Source of the DNA: Mobula hypostoma
Taxonomy: Eukaryota
Assembly (NCBI RefSeq): GCF_963921235.1
Contig: NC_086097.1
Span: forward strand, 81,594,001-81,658,000
Reading direction: 5' to 3'
Length of the DNA: 64,000 bases
The notes under the pieces were generated by a model. That model saw nothing but the letters and a program-made list of their open reading frames with translations, did not search any database and was not told where the DNA came from. The position numbers were made by a program, and so were the translations under genes. Below, piece after piece: positions 12,155-24,942 of this stretch; within the stretch, counting starts at the first letter, position 1; each line of letters begins with the position of its first letter.

Positions 12155-12800
12155 GTTAAGTGCCACTAGGCAAGTCATTGAGGCAAGTTACCATGCTCTT
12201 CTTGGGCACTGATATGATCGAAGTCTGCTTGCAGCAGGTGGGTACCACACACTACCAGAGCGAGTGGTTGAAGATATCCTTGAACACACCAGCCAGCTGG
12301 CCAGCACAAGTCTTCATTCTCGGCCAGGTACTCGGTCCGGACCAGATGCTTACTTTGGACCCAATGCTTCCTTCACTGTCTTGAAGGCAGCCCGTATGTT
12401 ATCTTCAGATACTGAGACCAAAAGATCGTTGGGAGACATAGGGGTGCATGATGGTTCCTCCCTGTTCTGGTGGGCAAAGCGAGTGTAGGCAGCAATGAAC
12501 TCATCTGGAAGCCAAGCTCTGCTGTCCCCTCTGTCACTAGATTTAAACTTTGTAGAAGGTTATGGATTCCAACCCTGCCACAGCTGTCGAGCATCCTTTG
12601 TTGATTCCAGTCTAGTCTGGAATCTCCACTTCACCCATGAGATGGCATTCCGAAGATCATACCTGAAGCTCATATAGCTTTCTTGATCTCCATACTTGCA
12701 TGCCTCTGATTCATCCAGGACTTCTGATTGGGGTAAACCCTGAACGATCTGCTGCTGTTTTAATAAAGTATGTTACAACCCTAGTGTAGTCTGTCAGAGG
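12155..12800 (-). mobile_element. Rex1/Babar-type LINE internal fragment (start of RT)
   Basis: Minus strand reads CAGQLAGVFKDIFNHSL...VVPTCCKQTSIISVPKKSMVTCLND. Confidence 0.8.
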
Positions 12801-12899
12801 CTGAGTACAGGAAAAAGAATCAAAATTGTGATTAAATAAAGAAAATGCAACATCACTACTGAAAACTAACACCTACAGCCTATGGCTGTTCAAAGTGCT

Positions 12900-13260
12900 A
12901 AGGATTTTTTTGGAACAGCATTGATAATTCTTGAGTTCACATATCAGCACACAGCAACCCTGTGTAAAAGGGAAGAATGCACTACATCAGCCTGCACACC
13001 CAGCCAGACATCATCTGCTATCTATGGAAGAATCTACAACGTCCCCATCAATTACTGCTGAAGGGCCATCAACTCAGTGAAAGGCACCCTTTGGTCTGCC
13101 TAGAAGTTGCTGACCTTCCAGCAAAATGAGATGGGAAATGCTACGAACTGCCACAGTCCAGGCTGCTGGGGTGCGTCCTGAGGGATTTACTGAAGCTTGG
13201 TACAGTCAATGCTGAAGATTCATGGGGAATGGCCACAAACTCAGGTCCTTCTGTGACTGC
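12900..13260 (+). mobile_element. Old Tx1/L1-like LINE ORF2 C-terminal fragment
   Basis: 13060-13240 reads roughly AINSVKGTLWSA*KLLTFQQNE...VLRDLLKLGTVNAEDSWGMAT, resembling the Tx1-type C-terminus. Confidence 0.6.
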
Positions 13261-13839
13261 ACATGGAGGGGTAGAGCTGGGTGAGCAAGCACCAGGATAG
13301 AAGAAAGTCATCCTAAATCCTAAGAGACTGCCTAAAAAGATGAGTGATAGCTATTACTGTGACAAGGCACGCTATATTTGTCAATCTCACCCATTTTCAG
13401 AAAAACATAATTTTAAGGAAGGAAGGAAGTCATTAAATTTCAACATAGATGTTAGTTCACCATCATTGTGAGGCAAGCATATTTTAGTTTTAGTAAGACT
13501 TTGTAGATTCTTTAAGTGTTGATCCAAGAGGGAATCACCAATAATTTAATTTCATTAAAAGGATGGAGGTTAGGAAAAAAATATATTGTAAAGCAACAGT
13601 CACCACCAGCAACTTGAAATATTGCACAATTGCTTCAGATCAATGGAGAACAAGCTAGTGGAGGAATACCAGTCATTCCAGATCAACTGCTTCTGAGAGG
13701 GAATTTAGTTATGTATCACTATAAGATGGCAATGCATTTCCAGAGAGACACTCAAGGACAGAATGGTTGTGAAATACTTTAGATGGTATATTATAATCAA
13801 TCTAGGTTTGCCTCTATAAAAACTCAAGAAACAGGAACT

Positions 13840-14130
13840 CAGATTTATCAGAGAGTTCCACCTCTCTGCCTATTCTCCACAACCCCGAATTGATGAAGTT
13901 CTAAAATTGCTCCCTTTTGGCTTTAAGTGTACATTCAGTTATTCACCCTCAGCAGTTTCCTGGGGTAGACAATTGTAAAGCTTTGCAACAGAGGGAATTC
14001 CTCTACATCTTCTCCTGAAATGTGCAGTCCTTTATTTTTCAGATCATATGTCTCCTAGGTTTAGTTCATCTCCACTCTCCAACAAGGGGAACATTTGCTC
14101 AACACGTACCTTACCAGGTCCTATAGAAAA
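13840..14130 (-). mobile_element. Old CR1 3' fragment
   Basis: Minus-strand KVRVEQMFPLLES resembles KVNVERMFPLVRV at about 11800. Confidence 0.55.
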
Positions 14131-15312
14131 TGTATATTTTAACCAGATCAATGTGCATACTTCTAAGCCAAACCTACTGCAAATCATTTCAGCTATCTGC
14201 CTAAGAAACTTAATCTCAACAGCCTCCAATGAACATGTATTCTTCTTTCAATAAGAATGAAACTCTGTACAAAGGATGGTGAAACTTTCTGAATGTCCAA
14301 AGTAGTGTTAATCTTCAGAAAAAAACTCTCGCATTCCACTGTAATTTATTATGAACTTTTTTTTAAAAAAAGGGAACATGATAAGCTCAGTTTCTTATCT
14401 GCATATTCATAGATTTTAGTATTATTAAAAGTAGGGCAGAGACAGATTGAAAGAAATGAAGCAATTTAGAAAACCTGCTCAAAAATGAATATTAATCTTT
14501 TACAAAGACAATTGAAAAATAACATCAATTCTAATTAGTATTGTAACTATTCAAATACTGGTGTGCATGACCGGTCTACAAGGATTTCAAAATGTATCAT
14601 CCAATGTCACGCGTTCTCGCAATCATCAAGCTGATGTGAGGTATTTCCTGTGAAAATTTCACACTGCTCATGGGTTACATATAAAAAAAAATCATTCACT
14701 CCTTCATTTGGTAGTAAAGGTAATTATGATGTATTTTTTTTATTATCACTGGCAAATTTTTGCGTGTGCCATTACAAGATTGAAATCTGTTCAATAAATA
14801 ATTATTTGAATAATTTTAAAAGTTAAAATAGTTTATTTACTATGACTATAATTTCATATCGAGGAAAAAAGGGATATTACTTTAGAAACATGTAAATGTA
14901 CTTAGTTGAAAATCCGTGTGCAAGGTATTCTTTTATAGCATTGAGCAGTGAATCTGCCATTGACTTGTGAAGGCTTGCATTCAATCGTCAGCATGCAATT
15001 GATTGGTCATGTCTGCCAGAATGCCTGGGGGTGGGGGAGGGGGAAATTATACAACTGTATCCCTCATTCCCCATAAAATTACCGAGGAGTAAAGAGTACA
15101 GAGTGTATGTTTCATTCATAATCTCATTTTTTTTTCAGGCGTACTACAAAATTTTGGATGGGTGTGCAGGTGGACCACCTCTTTGCCCGATTGATTTTAT
15201 CGGCTGCACCCAGCCTTTTCTTAATTGCCGAGAGCAGCAGCAGAGTGAGCCAGTTGATTGAGGTGAAGGGGAGACTGAGAGCCGATGGAGCAGTGTATGC
15301 ACTTGAGACACA

Positions 15313-17058
15313 GTGAATGCTAGAATCCAGTCAGCAACAGGTAATCTTACAGCCATCACAATAACTCACACCACTGCCAAGGGGAAGAAGAAAATGAATT
15401 TGTTTAGCAATCTCCACGACGAAATTCGTGAGAAAGTGTGTGGATTACCTAAAAACGATCTGGTAGAACTTAGTAGCTACCTTCAGCTCCCAGGGGAGGA
15501 CATAGCTAAGAAAACATGTTTGTCTGTCGCATCCCTAATAAGCCAGCATCTGGAAAGAGAGGAGCTGGGAAATCTGGAGGAAGGTAGCATGTCTGAACTT
15601 CTGCAGGTTAGAGCCAAGCTAAATGAGTTTGTGGTTGCTGCAACTGCTGTGGCTGATGAATTGAAGGAACAAAACAGGGAGATTACAGTAACCCGCAGTT
15701 CAGCTCCTAACAGGATGAACCCCAGCGATCCACAGTCATTGGCTCAGAGGGAAATTCTCCCACCAGCACGGTGCAAAGACTTTAAAATATCTGGTCAGGT
15801 TCGTGAGCTTGGTCAGAAAGCCAAGTTGTTGTTTTCTAGCCTTGTTTGCCTGACGGAAAGCGCCTTAAATAAAGGCTATCCAGAGGAGGAGGTGATCGAT
15901 CGATGCAGTGATCAGAGCGATTATGCCTGGACTCCAGTTGCTCAGTTATCTTGAGGATAAATCAGCTTGAACTTACCTACCCTTAGACAGATCCTTTGCT
16001 CACATAAAGGGGTACTGAGCTGTATAAGCAGCTGGCAGCAGAAGTTCAACGCTGTACAGAGACACCACAAAGTTTCTTAATTTGTGTTCTTGATCTGAAG
16101 CAGAAAATACTGTTTGCTTCATAGGAGATGGAGCCTGGGCTGAAATATTTTCCAGATTTAATGCAGAATATGTTTTTACATACTTACCGGCTTACAAAAT
16201 GATTTTATTCAAAAGGACCTCCAGCCATACTTCTCACATCCTGAAATCTCACGAGGTACTACAGTATTAGAGAATTGAAACATTGCATATGCAAATGAGG
16301 CAGAGAAAAACAATAAACAGAAGCCAGCTGGGTCAGCCCACACTGCCACTGTTAACTCTGCACAGTTCAAGGAACATCCTGATGAGTATAAATGTCAGAT
16401 GGAAAGGACTTATACAGTAGACTGAGTGTCACAGATGACGGAACACTTAGTGCAGACATTGCACAGGTCAAGGAGCAACTTTAGCATCTTATACCTGTGT
16501 CAACAATGCTTTTCAGTTTAAAATAAAAAAAAGCATGAGGTGATAGCAAATCCTTCTCAGCCGTAGGACCTAGCACACAGTTACTAATAACTGCCAGAGT
16601 GGGTTACAAAGAGGCCCGAGCAGGCATCAGGTCTGAACTCCAGACAGGGCCAAGCATTGAACAAAAGCAACAGTGGAAAAAGCAAAACCAGTTAATCGAA
16701 TCAGCTCAATCATACCCAGCCCCACAACGACAACATTATCCCCCATTTCAGCAGCACACAACAGTATCATCGGCATTGCTGTGTCTGAAGCTCAGCAGTC
16801 ATGTCAAGTAGCACCACAGAATTCTTCATTTTTACCACAGCAGAGTGAATTTTACAACAGTATCCAGTCCCAATATGGCTGTATCCTGGCCTGCCTCAGT
16901 GGCTTCGTTCACCACAAATATGAAAGTGTTTCCACTGTCAGCAGAGAGGGTGTGAGGAACTTTGCACTTACTGTTACAACTGTGGTAGCAGCGAGCACTA
17001 CTTAGTAGGATATAAAGCACGAGGAATAAGACTACCCAAAGAAGATCCTTTAAACTAA
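15313..17058 (+). pseudogene. Gypsy gag pseudogene with C-terminal zinc knuckle
   Basis: KDFKISGQVRELGQKAKLLFSSL...KGYPEEEVID, VIRAIMPGLQLLSYLE, ELYKQL...ETPQSFLICVLDLKQKILFAS. CYNCGSSEH knuckle at about 16970-17000. Ends at TTTAAAC-TAA (17049-17058). Confidence 0.88.
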
Positions 17059-17095
17059 GATGGGTTGCTTCCGCGGGACAGGAAGAAACCAGTAA

Positions 17096-17615
17096 TGTGC
17101 CAGCTGTGGTAGAGAGTGTAAATACAAGGTGCCCCAGATGAAAAGTCTCATATTACTGCTCAAAAAAATGTCAGACAGGCCAGTGGAATCAGTGTAGGAT
17201 CAAGACAAATAAGGAGGGTCAGCCGTCCACGAGTATTTTAGTTGCACAGTGCCAAGTCAATCAACATTCGTCCGTAACTTCACTGGTGGGCAGACAGTGC
17301 CTCATAGAATGCCACTTACAGGGACGTCAAAGTGAAGTGATATGGGACACAGGTTCACAGGTGTGCATCACAGATGAGCAGTAGAAAACGTGGCACTTAC
17401 CTGGAGTTAAGTTGAGAGATATTTCGGAGACAGTAGAGACACCCGAGGCATTAGAGCTGGTGGCAGCCAGTGGTGCAAGCATGCCATATGTAGGATGGGT
17501 TGTGATCACTTTCAAATTAGCTTCACCTGGTGCAAAGTAATTGATCATACTGATTCTGGTTTCAAAAGGCAGACCTCTCCCCATTCCATCATTGGATTCA
17601 ATGTGATTTAACAGA
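17096..17615 (+). pseudogene. Gypsy pol N-terminus: MYND-type zinc finger followed by aspartic protease
   Basis: CASC...(frameshift)RCPR*KVSYYCSKKCQTGQWNQ at 17096-17195. LVGRQCLIECHLQGRQSEVIWDTGSQVCI from 17284. IIGFNVI at about 17590-17610. Confidence 0.8.
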
Positions 17616-18432
17616 TTATAAAGGACAGTAACAAAAGAGGACTTAAAGAATTAAAATAATTTATTTAATGTTAATATCATTTCATGTTGGGAAAAAAGGG
17701 ATATTACTTTAAAAACAAGCAAATATATTCCATTGAAAATTCTGAGAATCTGTGTGCAAGGTATTCTTTAATAGTATTGAGCACTGAATCTGTCATTGAC
17801 TTGTTAAGTCTTGCATTCAATCTTCAGCATGTGATTTATTGCTCATGCCTGTCAGAATGCCTGGGGTGGGGGTGGGGGTGGGGGTGAGGGTGGGGGTGAG
17901 GGGGAGGGGGAGGGGAGAGAGGAGTACACACTGTATTGCTCATTCACCATAAAGTTATGAGGAGTAAACAGTGCAGCATGCATGTTTCATTCTTCCGCTT
18001 TTTTTTTCCCGGGGTACTGCACCATGTCGTGCATTCGTTACCCATGCTTACATAATGCTCCAGGTGTAGTCTCACCAATGCTGTCTGCAGCTGCAGCAAT
18101 ACGTCGCAACTTTCAGCTGCTCAGATCACCCCCGGGAGTGTTCCAAAGAGTTGACCAACCTTCTGCAGCCGCCTTATTTAGTACGCATTCTAAAAATCAA
18201 ACTTACTGTCACAGAACATCAGGCTCAATTGCTTGCAAAACAAATATTATAATGGATTTGGGAAAAGTGCACACGTGTAAGAAAATAAAGTTTGCGGTTA
18301 TCAGCAGAACATCCCAGAGCAGTGACAATGTGGGAGACTCCACCTTCATCAAAATGCAGAGAAAACACGGAAGAAAGTGCTGGCTTCAATACAGTGGTGA
18401 CCAACAGAGACCGCCACTGATAGTCTGTAGAG

Positions 18433-20672
18433 TAGGGGTCACCAACCCGTCGATCGCAATTGAGCAGTCGATCTTTGAGACTTTCCCAGTAGATCTCAAA
18501 GAAAACTCAAAAATAAATACACAAATACTGTTGTAATGTGAGCATTATAAAAGTAAGTAATACTAATTAGGATAATGGTAATACAGCAATATTTTCGCTA
18601 AAAAGCTGTTTGTAAAGAGAGATTGTTTCCTGGTTGCGGGGGTTTAGTTCCGTTCTTTCTGCACAGTGCGCATGTGTGTAGCTCCCCCGCCAGGCACCAC
18701 GTTTTCAGCGTAGCCTGTGCTGCATCAAAGTGACCAATCAGATTAGATAAGAGTACAGACATCCATATACGGCAGTGGTCCCCAACCTCCGGGCCGCGAA
18801 GCATGCAGGGGTGCAGCTGTAGTCGAGATGCACACAGCACATCTTTTAGAAAAAAAGCCGAAATAAACAAGATAATTAATTAGGTGCCGCCCGGCACGTA
18901 AATATCAGCTCAGATCAGAGGCGACGCAATCAGCAATCGCTCGTGATATCCTGATAGCATAGCGGAGGCTCCACGAAAGAAGGCGAAAACATACAAATTC
19001 CATCCAGAATGGGAAGAGGAATTTCTTTTTACCTTGGTGAAAGACAAGTGTGTATTATGTTGTGCCACCAAACACAATCACTGACTAAAAGAGCAGCACC
19101 ACAACACCAACCACCAGGAATTTAAAGACACCTACCTCCCAAAGAGCGCAATTCATGCCTGGAAAGTTGAGCTGAAATCAGGGTTGAAGGCCCAGCGATC
19201 GTTTTCCACAAAACATACTGCTCAAAATAAGGCTGCTATTGAAGCATCATTTCATGTAAGTCACCTTTTGGCTAAACACAAGAAGCCTTTTACAGATGGC
19301 GATTCATTCAAGGAAGCAATGGACATTACGGCAGAGACTGTTTTTAATGACTTTAAAAAACAAAAACAGCATCACAACCGCAATACGTAATATGCTGCCT
19401 GGCCCTGCAACAGTGACAAGGAGGGTAGAGTCACTGTTAGAGGATGTGAATATTTTTCACTACAGTTCGATGAATCCCTGGATGTAATGCAAACAGCTCA
19501 GCTTGTTGTATTTATCAGAATGGCTTTCCAGGATTTTACAGCAGAGGAGGACTTCCTCACTCTTTTGAAATTAAAGGAAAGAACGAGAGGTGAGGATATT
19601 TACAATGAGTTTAAAAATAAAGTCGTGAAAATGACATCCCCATTCATAAACTGGTGGCAATTACTACTGATGGGGCCGAGCAATGTGTGATGTGCGCGTT
19701 GGTTTTATACCACTAAAAGTCAGTGCCTACTTCGGGTCAACTTATCTATGTGAAATTGCATTTTCACAGATGAAAATTATTAAATCTAAGTACAGTAGCT
19801 GACTTACTGACAGACACCTCACTAGGGTTGCCAACTTTCTCACTCCCAAATAACAGACAAAAGTAGCTGTCAAATCCTGGGACATTTGTGTTTACCCCAA
19901 GAAAGACTACCATGACCATGAAGCCTTGCATGGGCACCTGTGTGTGCATGCGCGTACGTGCCAATTTTTTTTAACCCCACTAATCGGTTTTGGCTTAATT
20001 TTCATTATTTCTACTTTATATAGGTTGTGTATTTATCATATCATTCCTGCTTTTACTATATGTTAGTGTTATTTTAGGTTTTATGTGTTATTTGGTAGGT
20101 TATTTTTTTGGGTCTGGGAACGCTCAAAATTTTTTTCCATATAAATTACTGGTAATTGCTTCTTCGGCATAAAGCATTTCGGCACGAAAGGTTTCATAGG
20201 AACATTCTACCTTAGCAGGGGGAATACGGGACAGTTGGCAACCCTACACCTCACAGACTGTCTCAGACTGGCTGTCTGTAGTTATGAGCCAAATTTCAGG
20301 GAACTAGCAGAAAGTATTCAGCCCCAGTTATCACACTGAGTGCAACAGTCGATTTTTATTCATTTATTTTTCCTGTTGAAATAAAATTAAATAATGAAAC
20401 TTAGAATTAAAGGTGTGAAGTATTGTAATACTCTTAAAGAAAGACAGCTATGGCCTGTTTGATATGCTAGTTACAGTGTTTTCTTGTTTGAATTAATCTG
20501 AACGTTTGACAGAAGTATTTTGTGTAATTCAAATACAATTCGCCCAAATAAAAGGCCTCAAATTGGAAGTACAATCTGAGCTGTTTTTTCTCTAAACAAT
20601 TTAGTAGGTAGATCTTGCCTTTCACTGAGGTCAAAGTAGGGGATCTTGGCTTAAAAAGGTTGGTGACCACTA
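18433..20672 (+). mobile_element. hAT-Charlie (GTF2IRD2-like) transposon, internally deleted
   Basis: TIRs taggggtcaccaacc and ggttggtgaccacta. Transposase remnants KTYKFHPEWEEEFLF, LLAKHKKPFTDGD, FSLQFDESLDV, FGSTYLCEIAFSQMKIIKSKY. Flanks share only ctgt of the expected 8-bp TSD. Confidence 0.9.
19823..20246. mobile_element. Nested hAT (Blackjack-like) MITE containing a Tigger terminal segment
   Basis: TIRs tagggttgccaact and agttggcaacccta. Perfect 8-bp TSD cacctcac (19815-19822, 20247-20254). Removing it restores the host peptide TDRHLTDCLRLA. Confidence 0.95.
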
Positions 20673-21109
20673 CTGTTTCTGACACATAATTGAACCTACT
20701 TGATTTAATATCCAAGCAGCAGAACAACTTAACAGAATCAAGTGTCATTTGGCTGCAATTATCAGAGTGGAAAAAGACCATCTTTCCCAAAGACCATCTT
20801 TTGATCTATGATGTTAGAAGACAAGATGGATGCAAAAGAGAATGCAGAGGTGGCAAATAGTGTGAGTTAGCCTGTGACAAAATGATCTGATCACTGAGGA
20901 CATACAGATGAAATAGGAGACAAAAGAGGCTTGCACAATGTTTAACTGCCTTCCCTATCGCTAGGTAAGCTGCATGCATGACAACATGGCATACGAGAGT
21001 AGGTATGTGACTGTGTGCGAAAGAGATGGTGAGTCTGCACTTTTGTCGCACCAATGTAGGGGAGGCCGCATCAGGAGCACCAAATGTAGTAGACAACGTT
21101 GGAGGACTT

Positions 21110-23030
21110 CAACTCCATACTTCTCAATTCTATCTCTTACTCAAGATCCACAAGCAGGAATTTTCTGGTATGCCCATTCTTTCTTCCTGCTTTTACCCTT
21201 TTCACACCTCTATCTTGCTCTCCCCGCCCCCATGCCCAGTGCCTTCCCGCCTACATACCGGAACCTTCCATGTCCTCCACCATATGGACGGCCACTAATT
21301 CCCTGGCCCCAATTCCCCATTAGGAAGATTAAATACACTCTACTTCTTTCTACAACAAATATCCAACAGTTCCCTTTCACCAACACTCTCATTCACCTGG
21401 TTAAACTTGTTCTTACCTTAAACAACTTCTTTTTTACCTCCTATCAGTTTCTAGAAATCAGAGGTGTAGCCACAGGCATGGAAATAAACCCCAACTTTGC
21501 ATGTCTTTTTATCAGCTCCTCAGAATAGTCCCTGTTCCAAACCTCCTTCAGTACTATTCCCAAACTTTTTCTCCATTACATTGATGTTGTTTCAATGCAG
21601 AATTCAATATTATCATTTTCACCTCAAAATTCTCAAATTCATATAAGCCATTTCTGACACTTCTCTCCCTTTTCTAGGTTTGTCTCTATTGCATGAGACA
21701 ACTTACTCACTGATATGCACTATAAAGACAATGACTTCCACAGCTACTTAGACTACACCTCTTCCCACTCTGTGTCTTATAAGGATGTCATTCCTTTGTC
21801 CTAGTGTCTCCATTGCTGCTGAATCTGCTCTCAAGACGAGACTTTCTGTTCCAGGACATCTGAAATGTCCTGCTTTTTCAGGAAGCGTGGTTTCTTTTCT
21901 GCTGTGGTTGGCAGGAGTTTGATCTTGCATCTCTGTTTCTCATACTTCTGCTGTCACCCTACCTCCTGCCAGACAGGACAGAGTTCCTGTGGTCCTTACC
22001 TTCACCCATGACCCACTGCATCCAGTATATCATCCTCTGTCATTTCAGCCAGCTGCAAGAGATCACTTCTTGACTCACTGGTCCACTCATTCCTACACAC
22101 CCGTCCTCCCTTACCCAGCGCCTTCCCCGCCATCTCAGTAGATGTGACACTTATTCTTACACCTCTTAACCTATCACCATCCACGGACATAAACAGACAT
22201 TCGAGGTGAAGCAAAGTTTCACACACACATCTCCTCCAACTTTGTCTACCGCATTCAGTGCTCCGAATGTGGCCTTATCTACATCAGTGAGACCAAAGCC
22301 AGACTTGGCGACCAATTCTCAGAACACCTACACACAATCCACTGATCCAGAGCTCCCTGTTGTACTGTTGTAGACTACTTCAACTGCGCTTCTCATTTCC
22401 ACACTGGCCTCTCCATCCTTGGCCTATGCCCTGCTTAAAAACTGGAGGAGCAACACCTCATATTCCACCTAGGTAGTCTACAACCCAAAGGCATGAGTAT
22501 TCAGTTTTCCAATTTTAGGAAACACCCACCTTTTTTTATTTACTGCATTTTCTTTCCCTCGTCCCCAACCCACTCCGCCTACCCAGTTCACACACTGGTT
22601 TCTACCATCATCCCTTGTTTGGTTCCAACTCGTGCTCTTCTCTCCCCTAATGGTTCCCATTCTCACATCCTTTACTTATCCAAATCCAGCTCTGGCAACA
22701 CTTCGTGTTCTGCTTACCCCACCCCCAGCAGCTCTCCCATCTTCACATTCCACTCCCTCCTCCTTACCCAATATTGTTTTTCTTTCTTTTCCTCTCTCTC
22801 TTTGTCTGCTTCTGCCCTTCATTCACTTGCCAGAGTCTTCTATTTTCATCCCTCCTCAGGTCCCCTAACTGGTACTACCTGCCTGTCACTTACAGCCCGA
22901 CTCAGAATTCTTCCTTGCCATTCCCCTTCCGCTCTCCATGCTGGCCACTCTTAGTCCTGAGGAGGACTTCAACCCAAAACATCGACAATTTGTTTCCTCC
23001 CACCGATATTGCATCACCTACTGATACCCA
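21110..23030 (+). mobile_element. Penelope-like retroelement (RT plus GIY-YIG endonuclease), old and decayed
   Basis: TNTLIHLVKLVLTLNNF...RGVATGMEINPNFACLF, HSYLDYTSSH, SNFVYRIQCSECGLIYISETKARLGDQFSEHL, LEEQHLIFHLGSLQPKGMSIQFSNF. Confidence 0.9.
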
Positions 23031-23499
23031 CCACTACATTGTTAGCTCCCCGGGATAATTGCGTTGATAGAGGAGAATGAGATGGTCAATTCAGTCAAAG
23101 GCTACAGAATGTGAGTGTGGGCAACAAAAAGTGTAATGAAGCAAGATCACAGTATCAGTAAACATTTTTTTTTAGGGCCACGTGATCAGACAGAAACATG
23201 ATGGAAGACATCCAGACAGGAAACTGCAGGGAACAATGCTAAAAACCACAGATTTGCAAAGGGAGAGTTAGCAGTGGAGCTGTTTGTGAAGAATGAGGGC
23301 AGAATCAGAAGCATGTTTAATTTCACTGGCATGGACGACCCAGTTCCTCGCGGATGTCACTGACTTTGGCGTCGCGGGAGATTGAAATATCCAGACACCA
23401 AGTGGTGTCTGCTGCTTTTGGAAGCCCCTGCACTCAAGCAAAATATCCCGCTCCCTCTCTCTCGTCTGTCAGTCCTCGAGTCAGACAAGTGAAGCGGCA

Positions 23500-23905
23500 G
23501 TTTGTAACATCAAAACAGTGAGCTACTGGTCTGCTCTCGTTTGTTGCAGGAGCCATGTCTCTTTCTACCCCCACCCCACCTTGCCAGTGACAGTCTGTCT
23601 GAGATGTCGAAGTGTTGGGATGGAAAATAGTTTTCTGATGGACTGTAAATCATGGTCTCGGAAGCTTTGCTATTGCTTGTATGGTATGGTGGTGGGTTGG
23701 TATTTTAGCTGGGGCAGGTGGGGGAGGGTTGATGCTTTTGCTGCTACTTGTGTGTGGGAGGGATGGGGCCTCTTTGGGGTTCTAACTTTTCTGTGATTCA
23801 CTCTTTGGGAATTTTTCCTGTTTCATAGATGTCTGCCGAAGAGTAAAAATTTCAGGTGCATCTTGTATACACTTTCAGATATTAAACTGCACCGTTTGAA
23901 ACATT
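23500..23905 (+). mobile_element. Non-coding repeat family B, older copy
   Basis: Homologous to the reverse complement of 2934-3375. May extend upstream to about 23320. Confidence 0.65.
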
Positions 23906-23979
23906 TGTTTTTGAATTGCACCAAATCAAACTATAGTGAAGCTAGCTTAGGAACTGGTTTACACCTGTAGAAGTTTTTT

Positions 23980-24942
23980 TGAATTGAATTGCATTGACTT
24001 TATTTCTTACATCCTTCACATGCATGAGTAAAAATCTTTACGTTACGTCTCCGTCTAAATGTGCAATCGTAGTAGTTTATAATAATTTATAATAAATAGA
24101 ACAGAATGTAATATAGAGTATACTCAAATCAGCATGAGTTAATCAGTCTGATGGCCTGGTGGAAGAAGGTGTCCACCAGGAGCCTGTTGGTCCTGGCTTT
24201 TATGCTGCAGTACCGCTTCCCGGATGGGAGCAGCTGGAATAGATTGTGGTTGGGATGGCTTGGGTCCCCAGTGATCCTACGGGCCCTTTTTACACACCGT
24301 CTTTGTAAATGTCCTGAATCATGGCAAGTTCACAACTACAGATGCACTGGGCTGTCTGCACCACTCTGCAGAATCCTGCGATTAAGGGAGGTACAGTTCC
24401 CATACCAGGCAGTGATGCAGCCAGTCAGGATGCTCTCAATTGTGCCCCTGTAGAAAGTTCTTAGGATTTGGGGGGCCTATACCAAACTTCCTCAAATGTC
24501 TGTGGTGAAAGAGGTGCTGTTGTGCCTTTTTCACCACATAGCTTGTGTGTACAGACCACGAGGTCCTCGGTGATGTGGATGCCAAGGAACTTAAAGCTGT
24601 TTACCTTCTCAACCCCAGATCCATTGATATCAATAGGGGTTAGCCCGTCTCCATTCCTCCTGTAGTCCAAAACCAACTCCTTTGCTTTTGTGACACTGAG
24701 GGAGATGTTGTTTTCTTGACACCACTGTGTCACAGAGTTGACTTCTTCCTTGTTATCGTTTGAGATAAGGCCAATCGATGTAGTGTCATCGGCAAACTTA
24801 ATTAGCAGATTAGAGCTGTGGGTGACGATATAGTCATGGGTATACAGGGAGTAAAGGAGGGGACTCAGTACACAGCCCTGAAGGGCTCCTGTATTGAGAG
24901 TCAGAGGGGTGGAGGTGAGGGAGCCCACTCTTACAGCCTGCT
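23980..24942 (-). mobile_element. Rex1/Babar-type LINE, 5'-truncated (RT C-terminal half and 3' UTR)
   Basis: TLNTGALQGCVLSPLLYSLYTHD, LIKFADDTT, VNSFKFLGIHITEDL. Tail gaattgaattg at about 23981. Confidence 0.92.

Larger units (their letters stand above)
14600..18021 (+). mobile_element. Gypsy LTR retrotransposon with RT/RNase H/integrase deleted
   Basis: Diverged direct repeats at about 14815-15148 and 17643-18021, both ending GTACT(A/G)CA, flank gag, MYND and protease remnants. The 5' LTR start (about 14593-14605) is uncertain. Confidence 0.88.
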
